Notes: a model not told the origin generated them from the letters alone. Shown: positions 24,819-38,439, numbered from the whole stretch's first letter. The stretch: DNA of 63,746 bases, filler included, from Octopus bimaculoides (GCF_001194135.2; 7 parts of 6 records of this genome joined end to end with filler, not necessarily neighbours in it), one strand, 5' to 3'. Numbers and translations: made by a program.

Positions 24819-24918
24819 NNNNNNNNNNNNNNNNNNNNNNNNNNNNNNNNNNNNNNNNNNNNTTAATTAATTAANNNNNNNNNNNNNNNNNNNNNNNNNN
24901 NNNNNNNNNNNNNNNNNN

Positions 24919-24965
<47 letters not shown>

Positions 24966-25336
24966 TATATGAATGTATATATATATATATCTATATATAT
25001 ATGTATATATGTATATGTATATATACACACATATAAATATGCAAAGATGCATATGTGTGTACCTCTGTGCGTGTGTGTATGTATGTATATGTATGGCTAT
25101 GTATGTTAATGTTTATTTTGAAATTATAATGGAAACAATTTTACATGAAATTCAAGGATTACTCAACATATTTCATAGAAAACAAATTTATTCTTCTTTA
25201 ACAAGAACGGCATTGACAGTAAATACGAAGTCATCATGGAATTAAGACACATACACACACGCACACAACCACCCATATAGATAGATAGATAGATAGATAG
25301 AGCAGAGCTCATGTGTGTATACATACACACACACAT

Positions 25337-25385
<49 letters not shown>

Positions 25386-26252
25386 NNNNNNNNNNNNNNN
25401 NNNNNNNNNNNNNNNNNNNNNNNNNNNNNNNNNNNNNNNNNNNNNNNNNNNNNNNNNNNNNNNNNNNNNNNNNNNNNNNNNNNNNNNNNNNNNNNNNNNN
25501 NNNNNNNNNNNNNNNNNNNNNNNNNNNNNNNNNNNNNNNNNNNNNNNNNNNNNNNNNNNNNNNNNNNNNNNNNNNNNNNNNNNNNNNNNNNNNNNNNNNN
25601 NNNNNNNNNNNNNNNNNNNNNNNNNNNNNNNNNNNNNNNNNNNNNNNNNNNNNNNNNNNNNNNNNNNNNNNNNNNNNNNNNNNNNNNNNNNNNNNNNNNN
25701 NNNNNNNNNNNNNNNNNNNNNNNNNNNNNNNNNNNNNNNNNNNNNNNNNNNNNNNNNNNNNNNNNNNNNNNNNNNNNNNNNNNNNNNNNNNNNNNNNNNN
25801 NNNNNNNNNNNNNNNNNNNNNNNNNNNNNNNNNNNNNNNNNNNNNNNNNNNNNNNNNNNNNNNNNNNNNNNNNNNNNNNNNNNNNNNNNNNNNNNNNNNN
25901 NNNNNNNNNNNNNNNNNNNNNNNNNNNNNNNNNNNNNNNNNNNNNNNNNNNNNNNNNNNNNNNNNNNNNNNNNNNNNNNNNNNNNNNNNNNNNNNNNNNN
26001 NNNNNNNNNNNNNNNNNNNNNNNNNNNNNNNNNNNNNNNNNNNNNNNNNNNNNNNNNNNNNNNNNNNNNNNNNNNNNNNNNNNNNNNNNNNNNNNNNNNN
26101 NNNNNNNNNNNNNNNNNNNNNNNNNNNNNNNNNNNNNNNNNNNNNNNNNNNNNNNNNNNNNNNNNNNNNNNNNNNNNNNNNNNNNNNNNNNNNNNNNNNN
26201 NNNNNNNNNNNNNNNNNNNNNNNNNNNNNNNNNNNNNNNNNNNNNNNNNNNN

Positions 26253-26284
<32 letters not shown>

Positions 26285-26724
26285 GTGTGCATATATGTAT
26301 GTGTGTGTGTGTTTGTGCGTGTCTATGTGTGTGCATCTATACATACATGCAAACATACACTCGAACATATACACACTCACCAACACACACAGCGCACACA
26401 AATGTGCAAGATATGTGTAAAGTATAATAAAAACTACGGAATGAACATTCTCGGTATACGAGTGTTTAATTATATATTAACATTGGAGTGACTTTTGCAG
26501 ACTTTGATCTCGGTGTGTTCTGATTCGAGTTCAAACACCAGCTTTGTTCATTCTGAATTTCATCCGTCCAGGGATGACAAAGTAAGGTCCTAACCTAGCA
26601 TTTTAATCGATGTTATCAACTAGCCCCAAAATAACCCCCCAAATTGCTTGACTTGCATCCGAATTAGAAAACACTGCACTTACATTTATGCATCTATGCG
26701 TGATAATACACACACACAAATGCA

Positions 26725-26757
<33 letters not shown>

Positions 26758-27249
26758 GCATACATAAATAAATGTATATATATATATAAATATGAATGTA
26801 TACATGCACATATATATTTTTTTATTCTTTTACTTGTTTCAGCCATTTGACTGCGGCCATGCTGCAGCAACAATTATATAAATAGCCATCATTAGTTATA
26901 CTTAGAGACGATTGAATTTTTCCTTATATTTTTGCAGATATATGCATATGTCATTAACAGATATGCATATATATGAATATATAAGNNNNNNNNNNNNNNN
27001 NNNNNNNNNNNNNNNNNNNNNNNNNNNNNNNNNNNNNNNNNNNNNNNNNNNNNNNNNNNNNNNNNNNNNNNNNNNNNNNNNNNNNAAGAACAAGAACAAG
27101 AAGAAGAACAAGAACAAGAAGAAGAACAAGAACAAAAACAAGAAGGTGAAGAAAAATAGGGGTCATAACAATAATGGTTTCATTTATTTGCCACAAGGGC
27201 GAAGAATGAGGGGAACAATACAGAGACAGACATAAAATGTAGGGGTTTG

Positions 27250-27450
27250 CATATTCTTTTATTCTTTTACTTGCTTCAGTCATTTGACTGCGGCCATGCT
27301 GGGGCATCACCTTTCAGTCGAGCAAATCGACCCCAGGACTTATCCTTTGTAAGCCTAGTACTTATTCTATCGGTCTCTTATTGCCGAACCGCTCGGTTAC
27401 GAGGACGTAAACACACCAGCATCGCATGTCAAGCGACACATGTCAAGCAT
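27250..27450 (-). mobile_element. SINE family C 3' half
   Basis: Reverse complement of the family C tail. Confidence 0.85.
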
Positions 27451-27659
27451 TTGAGCGACACACACACAAACATACATACATACATACATATATATNNNNN
27501 NNNNNNNNNNNNNNNNNNNNNNNNNNNNNNNNNNNNNNNNNNNNNNNNNNNNNNNNNNNNNNNNNNNNNNNNNNNNNNNNNNNNNNNNNNNNNNNNNNNN
27601 NNNNNNNNNNNNNNNNNNNNNNNNNNNNNNNNNNCGACAGCCTTCTTCCAGTTTCATCA

Positions 27660-27790
27660 TCGACCCTAGTACTTAATTAGTACTTATTTCATCGGCCCCG
27701 AGAGGATGAAAAGCATAGTCGGCATCGGCGGAAATTGAACTCAGAACGTTTTGCCTGGCGCGTTAAAGATTCTGCCAGCTCGCCGCCTTT
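27660..27790 (-). mobile_element. SINE family A 5' half
   Basis: gtacttatttcatcggccccgagaggatgaaaagc...aactcagaacgt...gattctgccagctcgccgcc. Confidence 0.8.
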
Positions 27791-28059
27791 AATAATAATA
27801 ATAATAATAATAATAATGATAATAATAATAATGATAATAACGCAAAACACTTTCAATACAGTAAACATAAGAGCACCACAGCAAACCACAGCACATACCC
27901 AAGGCGCACAGAGCTGCGCTCGGTAGTGAAGTGAAAGCATGTTATAAAAATAAAACTACTGAATAATAATAATAATAACGGAAATAATTCATTAGGAACA
28001 ATACCGAGCGATAGTAATAATAATTATAATAATCATGGTAATAATAAATATTAGTATTA

Positions 28060-28091
<32 letters not shown>

Positions 28092-28213
28092 GCTAGGCAT
28101 TGTTCTACACTCCCCCCGCCCACACACACACATACACTGCGACAATTGCACATACAATTATACGTTCTTCAAATGTGCTGAGAAGACATTACTTAATACA
28201 GAGCTATATTCCG

Positions 28214-28295
28214 AGCGTGAAGCGACACCATCATCGTTATCATCATCATCATCATCATCACCACCACCATCACAACCACCACCACCACTACCACC

Positions 28296-28329
<34 letters not shown>

Positions 28330-28472
28330 TCGTCGTCGTCGTCGTCATCATCATCATCATCATCATCATCGTCATCATCATCATTATCAGCATTCATTAC
28401 CTTTATCTTTGTCGTCGTCATCATAAACATCATCATCATCCAGCATCAACAACAACAGCAACAACATTATCA
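28214..28472. repeat. Compound trinucleotide microsatellite (CAT/CAC/CGT/CAA)
   Basis: Directly visible. It is the source of the poly-His/Ser/Asp pseudo-ORFs. Confidence 0.95.
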
Positions 28473-29509
28473 TTACTGAAATATACCGTGGCGCCCTCTT
28501 CACATAATAACTACATAGACAGTAAAGTAGATAATGTCTATGTTTTACTGGCCATAAACAATAATGTCGGCGTACCTATTGCCACAGAACAACAATTTCT
28601 GTGAAGAAGAATTCTCGTAAATCATCTCCAAAATCTCACACACTCGCATTCAAAGACAGACAGAAATAATGCAAGCACTATTGCTACGTCTTGGACACAC
28701 AGACACGCACGCACGCACGCACGCACACACGCACGCACACATTCATACATACACGCACACGCACTCAGACAAATTACTAACGAATTTGTATATATTTATG
28801 AATACTTGAGCGTGTGCTTGTGTGTGTGTGTATATGTATAAATATATATATATGTATATATATATANNNNNNNNNNNNNNNNNNNNNNNNNNNNNNNNNN
28901 NNNNNNNNNNNNNNNNNNNNNNNNNNNNNNNNNNNNNNNNNNNNNNNNNNNNNNNNNNNNNNNNNNNNNNNNNNNNNNNNNNNNNNNNNNNNNNNNNNNN
29001 NNNNNNNNNNNNNNNNNNNNNNNNNNNNNNNNNNNNNNNNNNNNNNNNNNNNNNNNNNNNNNNNNNNNNNNNNNNNNNNNNNNNNNNNNNNNNNNNNNNN
29101 NNNNNNNNNNNNNNNNNNNNNNNNNNNNNNNNNNNNNNNNNNNNNNNNNNNNNNNNNNNNNNNNNNNNNNNNNNNNNNNNNNNNNNNNNNNNNNNNNNNN
29201 NNNNNNNNNNNNNNNNNNNNNNNNNNNNNNNNNNNNNNNNNNNNNNNNNNNNNNNNNNNNNNNNNNNNNNNNNNNNNNNNNNNNNNNNNNNNNNNNNNNN
29301 NNNNNNNNNNNNNNNNNNNNNNNNNNNNNNNNNNNNNNNNNNNNNNNNNNNNNNNNNNNNNNNNNNNNNNNNNNNNNNNNNNNNNNNNNNNNNNNNNNNN
29401 NNNNNNNNNNNNNNNNNNNNNNNNNNNNNNNNNNNNNNNNNNNNNNNNNNNNNNNNNNNNNNNNNNNNNNNNNNNNNNNNNNNTATATAATTCGTGTACA
29501 TTCATACAC

Positions 29510-30836
29510 AAAAGAGGTGACAGAAAGATTTACCCATGTTTAAAACTCTTCCTAAAGAATATCACTTCCGTTAATGTTATCCATATTTTACATAAAGATT
29601 TGCATATGTCACTTGTTCATGTTGTCCATTGTTTCGTTTGTCTATAATTGTCTATAACAAGTTTGTAAAAAAAACATGGCGTCGAAAGCAAAACGTGACC
29701 AGGTTGTCGCTTTAAAAACAGCTGGAATGAGCAACAAGGACATAACAAAACAGTTGAATGCGAGCCGTAAAAGAGTGTTCAATACCTGGAAACAATATAT
29801 GGAGTTCGCTACCTCCTCTAGCAAGCCAACTCCTGGCAGGAAACGACCAATTCGTACCAAACAAACTGTTGAAACTGTGATGAACTGAAATCCTCGCAGG
29901 AGTGCAAGAAAAACCGCCAAAGCTCTCGATATTTCGAAATCGTCAATGTACAGAATATTTAAAGATGATTTAAAGCTAACTGCAAAAAGAAAAAAAAAAA
30001 TCCCGGCAGTTAATTTCAGCAGCTTCCAAGAATAAACGGTTCGACAGGGATAAAACGATGTTAGCTGAGATGAAGCGTGTCGCTAAGAAAGTGTTGATCT
30101 GGTCCGACGAGAAGATCTTCACTGTGGAGGCAGTCACCAAGAGGTAGAATGACAGGCTTTATGTACTTAATACAGGAGACTTGCCCGAAGGTAGCAGGAG
30201 TCATTTATGCCGTCAGAATCCCGCTTCACTCATGGTGTGGGCCGCAGTTGCATCTAATGGATTTAAGTCTCTCCTGATTTTCATTGATGTTGGCGTCACG
30301 GTCCACAGTAAAGTTTATGTGGGAATGTTTGATGAGAAAGTGTTATCCTGGGTCACAGAAACCTTTGGTAACCGTTACACCTTCACTCAAGACGAGATTC
30401 CGGCCCACACATCCAATTTGATAGAGGTAATGCAAAGAGCACTTGAGCGATTTGGGGGACAAGTCGATATGGCCTCCCTCATGTCCAGACATCAATCCCA
30501 TGGATTTTGCTATCTTGTCCATCTTAGAGAGTAACGTTTCTTCTCGCACCTATTCAAATGTGTCAGATCAGCAGAAAGCCCTTGCCTTCATGGGTCAATT
30601 TGGATGAAGAGGTGGTACGGCACTCATGGAAGTTGAATGAAGAAGTGGTACTGTACTCAGTGACCACTTGTTTGTAGGCTGTGATCAAGGCGAAAGGTGG
30701 CCATTTTGAAATGTAATTACTGCAATGGATTGACAATTTACATTAGAACGTGTGTACCAAATTTCATTATTCTACCTGAAGTTTATTTTGAATAATTAAA
30801 AAATTTCAATGGGTAAACCTTTCTGGGACACCCTGT
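29510..30836 (+). mobile_element. Tc1/mariner superfamily element, maT (DD37D)-like, full length but pseudogenised
   Basis: TIR-like ends (ggtgacagaaagatttacccat / atgggtaaacctttctgggacaccctg-ta). Transposase relic from 29676: MASKAKRDQVVALKTAG...; WSDEKIFTVE; SLMVWAAV; FTQDEIPAHTS; WPPSCPDINPMDF. The second and third D are separated by 36 codons + 1 nt, consistent with DD37D after a frameshift. Confidence 0.88.
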
Positions 30837-31859
30837 ATATGTGTGTGTATGTGTGTGTGTGCTTTTTCTTCCTGAATAATTTATACAATCAATAGGATGT
30901 TGCGAAATGCTTGCCTTTGCTCAAGAATGACTATAATAATTTGGGAACCTAATCCTGAAGTCGGTCTCAGTAGAGATGTCTATATTTATATCCGCTACAC
31001 CTTTCAGTTTCAATAGTTCATTTGGACGTCCTGTCGAGACTGGATTAGTGTTCGTAAATACACACTGAATAAATTACCTAGAGTTTAAAGATATCTAGAT
31101 TCGATATCTACACTGGATGTAGGTTTCTTTCCTGTGTGGCTGTTCCAGAATTCACCCAATCTTTCACGTATATATATATATGTATGGTATATATGTACAT
31201 CTATATATATATATATATATATATANNNNNNNNNNNNNNNNNNNNNNNNNNNNNNNNNNNNNNNNNNNNNNNNNNNNNNNNNNNNNNNNNNNNNNNNNNN
31301 NNNNNNNNNNNNNNNNNNNNNNNNNNNNNNNNNNNNNNNNNNNNNNNNNNNNNNNNNNNNNNNNNNNNNNNNNNNNNNNNNNNNNNNNNNNNNNNNNNNN
31401 NNNNNNNNNNNNNNNNNNNNNNNNNNNNNNNNNNNNNNNNNNNNNNNNNNNNNNNNNNNNNNNNNNNNNNNNNNNNNNNNNNNNNNNNNNNNNNNNNNNN
31501 NNNNNNNNNNNNNNNNNNNNNNNNNNNNNNNNNNNNNNNNNNNNNNNNNNNNNNNNNNNNNNNNNNNNNNNNNNNNNNNNNNNNNNNNNNNNNNNNNNNN
31601 NNNNNNNNNNNNNNNNNNNNNNNNNNNNNNNNNNNNNNNNNNNNNNNNNNNNNNNNNNNNNNNNNNNNNNNNNNNNNNNNNNNNNNNNNNNNNNNNNNNN
31701 NNNNNNNNNNNNNNNNNNNNNNNNNNNNNNNNNNNNNNNNNNNNNNNNNNNNNNNNNNNNNNNNNNNNNNNNNNNNNNNNNNNNNNNNNNNNNNGGCGAT
31801 AACTATTAATTTCCAGTACCGCTGCCGTAGTCTCCTTTAGAGAGACTTAGAAATATTAA

Positions 31860-31897
<38 letters not shown>

Positions 31898-31928
31898 CGT
31901 ATATATGCATATACTCATTTATTATTTG

Positions 31929-31967
<39 letters not shown>

Positions 31968-32300
31968 TGAATGAGTCAACGACGCTCTAAATAATCAGGC
32001 CATTCACTTGTCTAAGCCCACTTAAGAATCGTTTATCTCAAAGCATTAATACACAGCTTCCAGATTTGACCACCCACAAAGGGTACCTACCACACATATA
32101 CTTAGACATCTAACCCCCAATCCTCAACCCTTAACTAAAACAAGGAGGGTACCGTGTAGGTGAACGGGTGGATAAGTGAGTAACTCATGTTCATATTTAT
32201 TACAGATACCAACATCATTTTTGCTTGTATTCAATTAAGTCGAATCTACTTTGTTAAATTTCTTTGTGCGAAACTGTTTTCTTAAAATAATCCTTTAGAC

Positions 32301-32503
32301 TCTTTTACTCCGTTAGTTGTTTCAGTCATTTGCCTACGGTCATGCTGGAGCACAACCCTTATGGGTTTTAGGTCGAACAAACCGACCCCAGGACTTATTC
32401 TTTGTAAGTCTAGTAATCATTCTGTCATTTAAAGACACCAATTTCGGTTATCAAGCGATTGGAGGTGGAGGGTACAAACACAGACACAAACACACAAACA
32501 TAT

Positions 32504-32535
<32 letters not shown>

Positions 32536-32707
32536 CTATATATATTTATATGACGGGTTTCTTTCAGTTTCCGTCTACCAAATTCACTGACAAAGTTTTA
32601 ATCGATTCGAGGCTACAGTAGAAGACACTTGCCCAAGGTGCCACGTAGTGGGACTGAACCCGGAACCATGTGGTTCGTAAGCAAGCTACTTACCACACAG
32701 CCACTCC
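32301..32707 (-). mobile_element. SINE family C, near full length
   Basis: Head ggagtggctgtgtggaagtagcttgcttacgaaccacatggttccgggttcagtccc on the minus strand, plus CORE-like box and tail. Confidence 0.92.
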
Positions 32708-33730
32708 TACGCCTATTGTATACTTTCTTTTAATCATGACAGGAGTGTGTGATTTGAGGAGAGATCTGAATGGTATTTCTAGCATTCGAATTAATTAAGA
32801 AATATACAGATACAGTCGGGGCTTTTTTTTTAAATGAAACCTGAAGCGTTTGAGACGGTTAAAAATTGTTTCAGTCCTGNNNNNNNNNNNNNNNNNNNNN
32901 NNNNNNNNNNNNNNNNNNNNNNNNNNNNNNNNNNNNNNNNNNNNNNNNNNNNNNNNNNNNNNNNNNNNNNNNNNNNNNNNNNNNNNNNNNNNNNNNNNNN
33001 NNNNNNNNNNNNNNNNNNNNNNNNNNNNNNNNNNNNNNNNNNNNNNNNNNNNNNNNNNNNNNNNNNNNNNNNNNNNNNNNNNNNNNNNNNNNNNNNNNNN
33101 NNNNNNNNNNNNNNNNNNNNNNNNNNNNNNNNNNNNNNNNNNNNNNNNNNNNNNNNNNNNNNNNNNNNNNNNNNNNNNNNNNNNNNNNNNNNNNNNNNNN
33201 NNNNNNNNNNNNNNNNNNNNNNNNNNNNNNNNNNNNNNNNNNNNNNNNNNNNNNNNNNNNNNNNNNNNNNNNNNNNNNNNNNNNNNNNNNNNNNNNNNNN
33301 NNNNNNNNNNNNNNNNNNNNNNNNNNNNNNNNNNNNNNNNNNNNNNNNNNNNNNNNNNNNNNNNNNNNNNNNNNNNNNNNNNNNNNNNNNNNNNNNNNNN
33401 NNNNNNNNNNNNNNNNNNNNNNNNNNNNNNNNNNNNNNNNNNNNNNNNNNNNNNNNNNNNNNNNNNNNNNNNNNNNNNNNNNNNNNNNNNNNNNNNNNNN
33501 NNNNNNNNNNNNNNNNNNNNNNNNNNNNNNNNNNNNNNNNNNNNNNNNNNNNNNNNNNNNNNNNNNNNNNNNNNNNNNNNNNNNNNNNNNNNNNNNNNNN
33601 NNNNNNNNNNNNNNNNNNNNNNNNNNNNNNNNNNNNNNNNNNNNNNNNNNNNNNNNNNNNNNNNNNNNNNNNNNNNNNNNNNNNNNNNNNNNNNNNNNNN
33701 NNNNNNNNNNNNNNNNNNNNNNNNNNNNNN

Positions 33731-33787
<57 letters not shown>

Positions 33788-34233
33788 GTACTCAGACTAT
33801 ATTTATATATAGAATTTAAGTAATATTTATATACGAATACGTATGTGTGTGTAAAGCATATGTGTATGCGTGTGTGTATGTGTGTATGTGTGTATGTGCA
33901 TGTGTATGCACGTGTGTGTGTTTGTGTGTGTGTGTGTGTTTGTGTGTGTTTGTGTGTGTGTGCAATTTTTCTCTTTACTCGGTCATCAGCAGACGAATAT
34001 CGCAATTAAATTAAACTTCATTATTGCTAATTAGAAAATTATTACCGTATCATTAATATTAATTTATAGGCGGCTGTAATATAGTATAACATGGCTGCAA
34101 CGAATACTAGTTTCTTTATGTAATGAGAAATAGAATAACAATAAATATAATTACAACTGAACTAATTACAACGACCTAATTAATGAAGTCTGCGTGTGGT
34201 TGTTCGTCATCATCACCATCAAAATCGTCGTCG

Positions 34234-34273
<40 letters not shown>

Positions 34274-34357
34274 TACCATCATCACCCTCGGCGTCGTCGT
34301 CATCATCATCATCATCATCATCATCCTCATCCTCATCAAACCCTAAGACATTACTGT

Positions 34358-34424
34358 CCGGTGTCCTAAGACTCAAATAGCCTCTTACCCGGTGTCCTAA
34401 GACTCAAATAGCCTCTTACCCGGT
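34358..34424 (+). repeat. 31-bp exact tandem duplication
   Basis: CCGGTGTCCTAAGACTCAAATAGCCTCTTAC x2 + CCGGT. Confidence 0.95.
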
Positions 34425-35410
34425 TTCCATGGTGAATGAGTGACCCAGATCACAACACCTTATCTTGAAGTTTTCCATATTCTTCCTAACTGGCGGCATT
34501 ATACGGTGGCATTATATATTTCTTCCTATTTATATCGTCAAATGAGGGAACCTTCTGTACCAATTTACCACTGTTGCATCAGTTACTAAGTAATTCAAAG
34601 CTTCGCGTAAAATGTCATTTATAATATAGATTTCTTCTAAAACTACAACAAATAATTTTATGCATCACGGGAGGGTCATTATTCCAATAATAAACACGCA
34701 CTGGTTCGTTATAATTTGTCAATTGTCTTAACGAATTATTTAACCAATAACAACCAAAGTAATTTAATCAATAATATTTAAACAATTAACTGATCGAATG
34801 GAGCTGACCTGAATTAGAGAGAGCATGTTATTGATAAGGTAGTGAATGGTAATAAATGACTCTGAAGAACATAACTTATTGATTGATCAAGCAGATGATT
34901 AATCACACAATCAAGTAGTTAATTGGTCAAATAATTAAATTAACAAGTAAGAAAGAAATTAAATAGAACTAGTGTGCATGGTTATAATTGGCATAATGAC
35001 CTTCCCGAGATAAAATGAAACATCTTTTCAAAGTTAACTCTACAAATTAACAGTGGAAATCAGAGCCAACACTGAATGTTACAAGGTTTCGTGTACGAAT
35101 ACGTCTATGTAAACAATGCGATCGAAGATAGAAAAATGGGTTCCGTATACAAATGTCCCACTAATTACGAGTATAATTCTAAAATAATGTACAAATGTAT
35201 GTGTACGTTTCTTTGTCTGTCTGTCTGTCTGTATGTATGTATGTATATACGTACGAGCACGTAAGTATGCACCTGAGCAATTAGAACGTCAGTTTATTTT
35301 GATGTAGTTGCGATCGAGACTGCATCAGCCTGTTTTGATTAATGAATATTTTAAAACTTACTCTGCAAAAGAACATCCATGACATCTCAATATCCTTTTA
35401 GAAGTACAAA

Positions 35411-35462
<52 letters not shown>

Positions 35463-35489
35463 ATGCATGTGTATCATTTTTGTGTTTGT

Positions 35490-35670
35490 CCTCCAATCGC
35501 TTGACAACAGGTATCGGTTTGTTTACGTCCCCGTTTACTAGGAGTTCGGTTGCAGAGAACGATGGAATAACTACCAGAATGACTGAATAAAAAAAAAAAA
35601 AATTACTGGGATAGATTCATTCGACTGAAACCTTCAAAGCGATGCTCCAGTATGCCTACCGTCCAAGTCC
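35490..35670 (+). mobile_element. Degenerate SINE family C 3' part
   Basis: tgtttgtcctccaatcgcttgacaac...gtttacgtccccgt...ccttcaaagcgatgctccagtatg. Confidence 0.75.
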
Positions 35671-35712
35671 TACTAGCAATGAGGCTTCACTCAACATTCT
35701 TTTAGTCATTGG

Positions 35713-35909
35713 CTATCGTCTCTTTCTAAACCAATTGCTGTGGCTTGCTTTCGCCACTGTAGCCTCGTTATCGTTCATGACGGCGTTCGCTGTACGTTGA
35801 GTTTTAAGCCTCGCGACAACAAACATCGCTTCCATACGATTCCTGAGGAATCTTCTACGTCCAACTTCGATTGGACAACGCTCGGCTTTTCTAGCTTGCA
35901 CCTTCACAT
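35713..35909 (-). CDS. Candidate orphan terminal coding exon (phase 1): xDVKVQARKAERCPIEVGRRRFLRNRMEAMFVVARLKTQRTANAVMNDNEATVAKASHSNWFRKRR*
   Basis: Non-repetitive sequence, GC-richer than its flanks, with 64 open codons after a CAG acceptor. The other two minus frames stop early. The acceptor lacks a polypyrimidine tract and no family was recognised. Confidence 0.35.
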
Positions 35910-35912
35910 CTG

Positions 35913-35964
<52 letters not shown>

Positions 35965-37183
35965 NNNNNNNNNNNNNNNNNNNNNNNNNNNNNNNNNNNN
36001 NNNNNNNNNNNNNNNNNNNNNNNNNNNNNNNNNNNNNNNNNNNNNNNNNNNNNNNNNNNNNNNNNNNNNNNNNNNNNNNNNNNNNNNNNNNNNNNNNNNN
36101 NNNNNNNNNNNNNNNNNNNNNNNNNNNNNNNNNNNNNNNNNNNNNNNNNNNNNNNNNNNNNNNNNNNNNNNNNNNNNNNNNNNNNNNNNNNNNNNNNNNN
36201 NNNNNNNNNNNNNNNNNNNNNNNNNNNNNNNNNNNNNNNNNNNNNNNNNNNNNNNNNNNNNNNNNNNNNNNNNNNNNNNNNNNNNNNNNNNNNNNNNNNN
36301 NNNNNNNNNNNNNNNNNNNNNNNNNNNNNNNNNNNNNNNNNNNNNNNNNNNNNNNNNNNNNNNNNNNNNNNNNNNNNNNNNNNNNNNNNNNNNNNNNNNN
36401 NNNNNNNNNNNNNNNNNNNNNNNNNNNNNNNNNNNNNNNNNNNNNNNNNNNNNNNNNNNNNNNNNNNNNNNNNNNNNNNNNNNNNNNNNNNNNNNNNNNN
36501 NNNNNNNNNNNNNNNNNNNNNNNNNNNNNNNNNNNNNNNNNNNNNNNNNNNNNNNNNNNNNNNNNNNNNNNNNNNNNNNNNNNNNNNNNNNNNNNNNNNN
36601 NNNNNNNNNNNNNNNNNNNNNNNNNNNNNNNNNNNNNNNNNNNNNNNNNNNNNNNNNNNNNNNNNNNNNNNNNNNNNNNNNNNNNNNNNNNNNNNNNNNN
36701 NNNNNNNNNNNNNNNNNNNNNNNNNNNNNNNNNNNNNNNNNNNNNNNNNNNNNNNNNNNNNNNNNNNNNNNNNNNNNNNNNNNNNNNNNNNNNNNNNNNN
36801 NNNNNNNNNNNNNNNNNNNNNNNNNNNNNNNNNNNNNNNNNNNNNNNNNNNNNNNNNNNNNNNNNNNNNNNNNNNNNNNNNNNNNNNNNNNNNNNNNNNN
36901 NNNNNNNNNGTGGTGGTACGACAGTAGTAGTAGTAGTAGTAGTAGTAGTAGCAGTATTAGTAACAGCAGCATACTTGACTCAAGTTCGTTCTTTCTGTTG
37001 GTAGGGTTTATGTGGGGTAGCGGGTTGCTACCTTAGATACCTTCACTCTTTCGTAAACCTTTTTAACTACTCCAAACCCTTCTCATAATCTTTCCTCTTC
37101 CAAACAGGCAATGTTCTTGGTTGAAGCTCTAAAAGACATTTCATTCCAATCTCCTTCAACCATGTTTTTATCACTATTATCAC

Positions 37184-37279
<96 letters not shown>

Positions 37280-38030
37280 CATCATCAAAGTCTTCGTCGT
37301 CGTCGTCGTCGTCGTTGTTACTGTTGTTATTGAATGGTCGTCTGCTTTCGTTGTCACTCGACGAATAAAGCAAAGAAGCTTCCAAAAATATTGCAAAGAC
37401 TTTTGACGCAACCCAATGTAACAAAACATTTAATCCTTATCCATTGTATACATAGATTGCATCGTGATTCTCAGTTTCGGATTGCATAAAAGTAATTAAA
37501 AATCCATCTAAATAAACATGTAATGAATATTACTTACCCATAGAAACTCTCATACTTGAAATCAAAGCAGTATACAGGATGTAGGCAGGCTTTCTTTAAC
37601 CCAAACTGTTCCTAAAATTTTAATCAACATTATAAGTTTTTCCCCCCAGTTAAATATAGGTTAATTTAAATTTAATATATCTGAATTGGTCTTAATGAAT
37701 CTATGATTACATACAGGGGCGAGAAAATATTGTTGCGCAATTAAAACTATTGTATTTCAGTTTGATGAAAATTTATTCCGAGCAATACAAAACTGGAGTT
37801 AGTATTATTCTACAGGAGAAAATAAAAACTGTTTTAATTCGCACAGAAAACTGTAATGATTAACTATAATTGATTGCCTTGCTTTTAGATATGAATCTAA
37901 ACGATAATGTAATTATTTTTGAAATTAATCAAAAGAACTTTAAATCACATATCAACCCCTAAACAGAATAAAATAAAGAATACTAATATCAATAGACTGT
38001 AGATTCTGGTTATTGTATTAGTATTAGTGT

Positions 38031-38410
38031 GGAGGCGCAATGGCCCAGTAGTTAGGGCAGCGGACTCGCGGTCATAGGATCGCGGTTTCGATTCCCAGAC
38101 CGGGCGTTGTGAGTGTTTATTGAGCGAAAACACCTAAAGCCCCACGAGGCTCCGGCAGGGGTGTTGTGGCGAACCCTGCTGTATTCTTTCACCACAACCT
38201 TCTCTCACTCTTACTTCCTGTTTCTGTTGTGCCTGTAATTTAAAGGGTCAGCCTTGTCACACTGTCACGCTGAATATCCCCGAGAACTACATTAAGGGTA
38301 CACGTGTCTGTGGAGTGCTCAGCCTTTTGCACGTTAATTTCACGAACAGGCTGTTCCGTTGATCGGATCAACTGGAACCCTCGACGTCGTAAGCGACGGA
38401 GTGCCAACAA
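38031..38410 (+). mobile_element. SINE family D, full length; shares 3' tail with family B
   Basis: tRNA-like head ggaggcgcaatggcccagtagttagggcagc..gtttcgattccc. Tail from aaagggtcagccttgtcacact to gacggagtgcc matches ~11590-11763. Confidence 0.92.
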
Positions 38411-38439
38411 GTTATATATAATTATTGGTGAAAGCAATA

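Noticed and set aside
28090-28479. Poly-His/Ser/Pro/Asp/Met ORFs (also 14582-14874, 34176-34380, 37067-37429, 56223-56445)
   Set aside because: Trinucleotide microsatellites that are open in several frames on both strands, with no flanking coding context.
37000-37150. Possible second R4-like LINE 3' relic (KTWLKEIGMKCLLELQ)
   Set aside because: The similarity is too short and diffuse to call.
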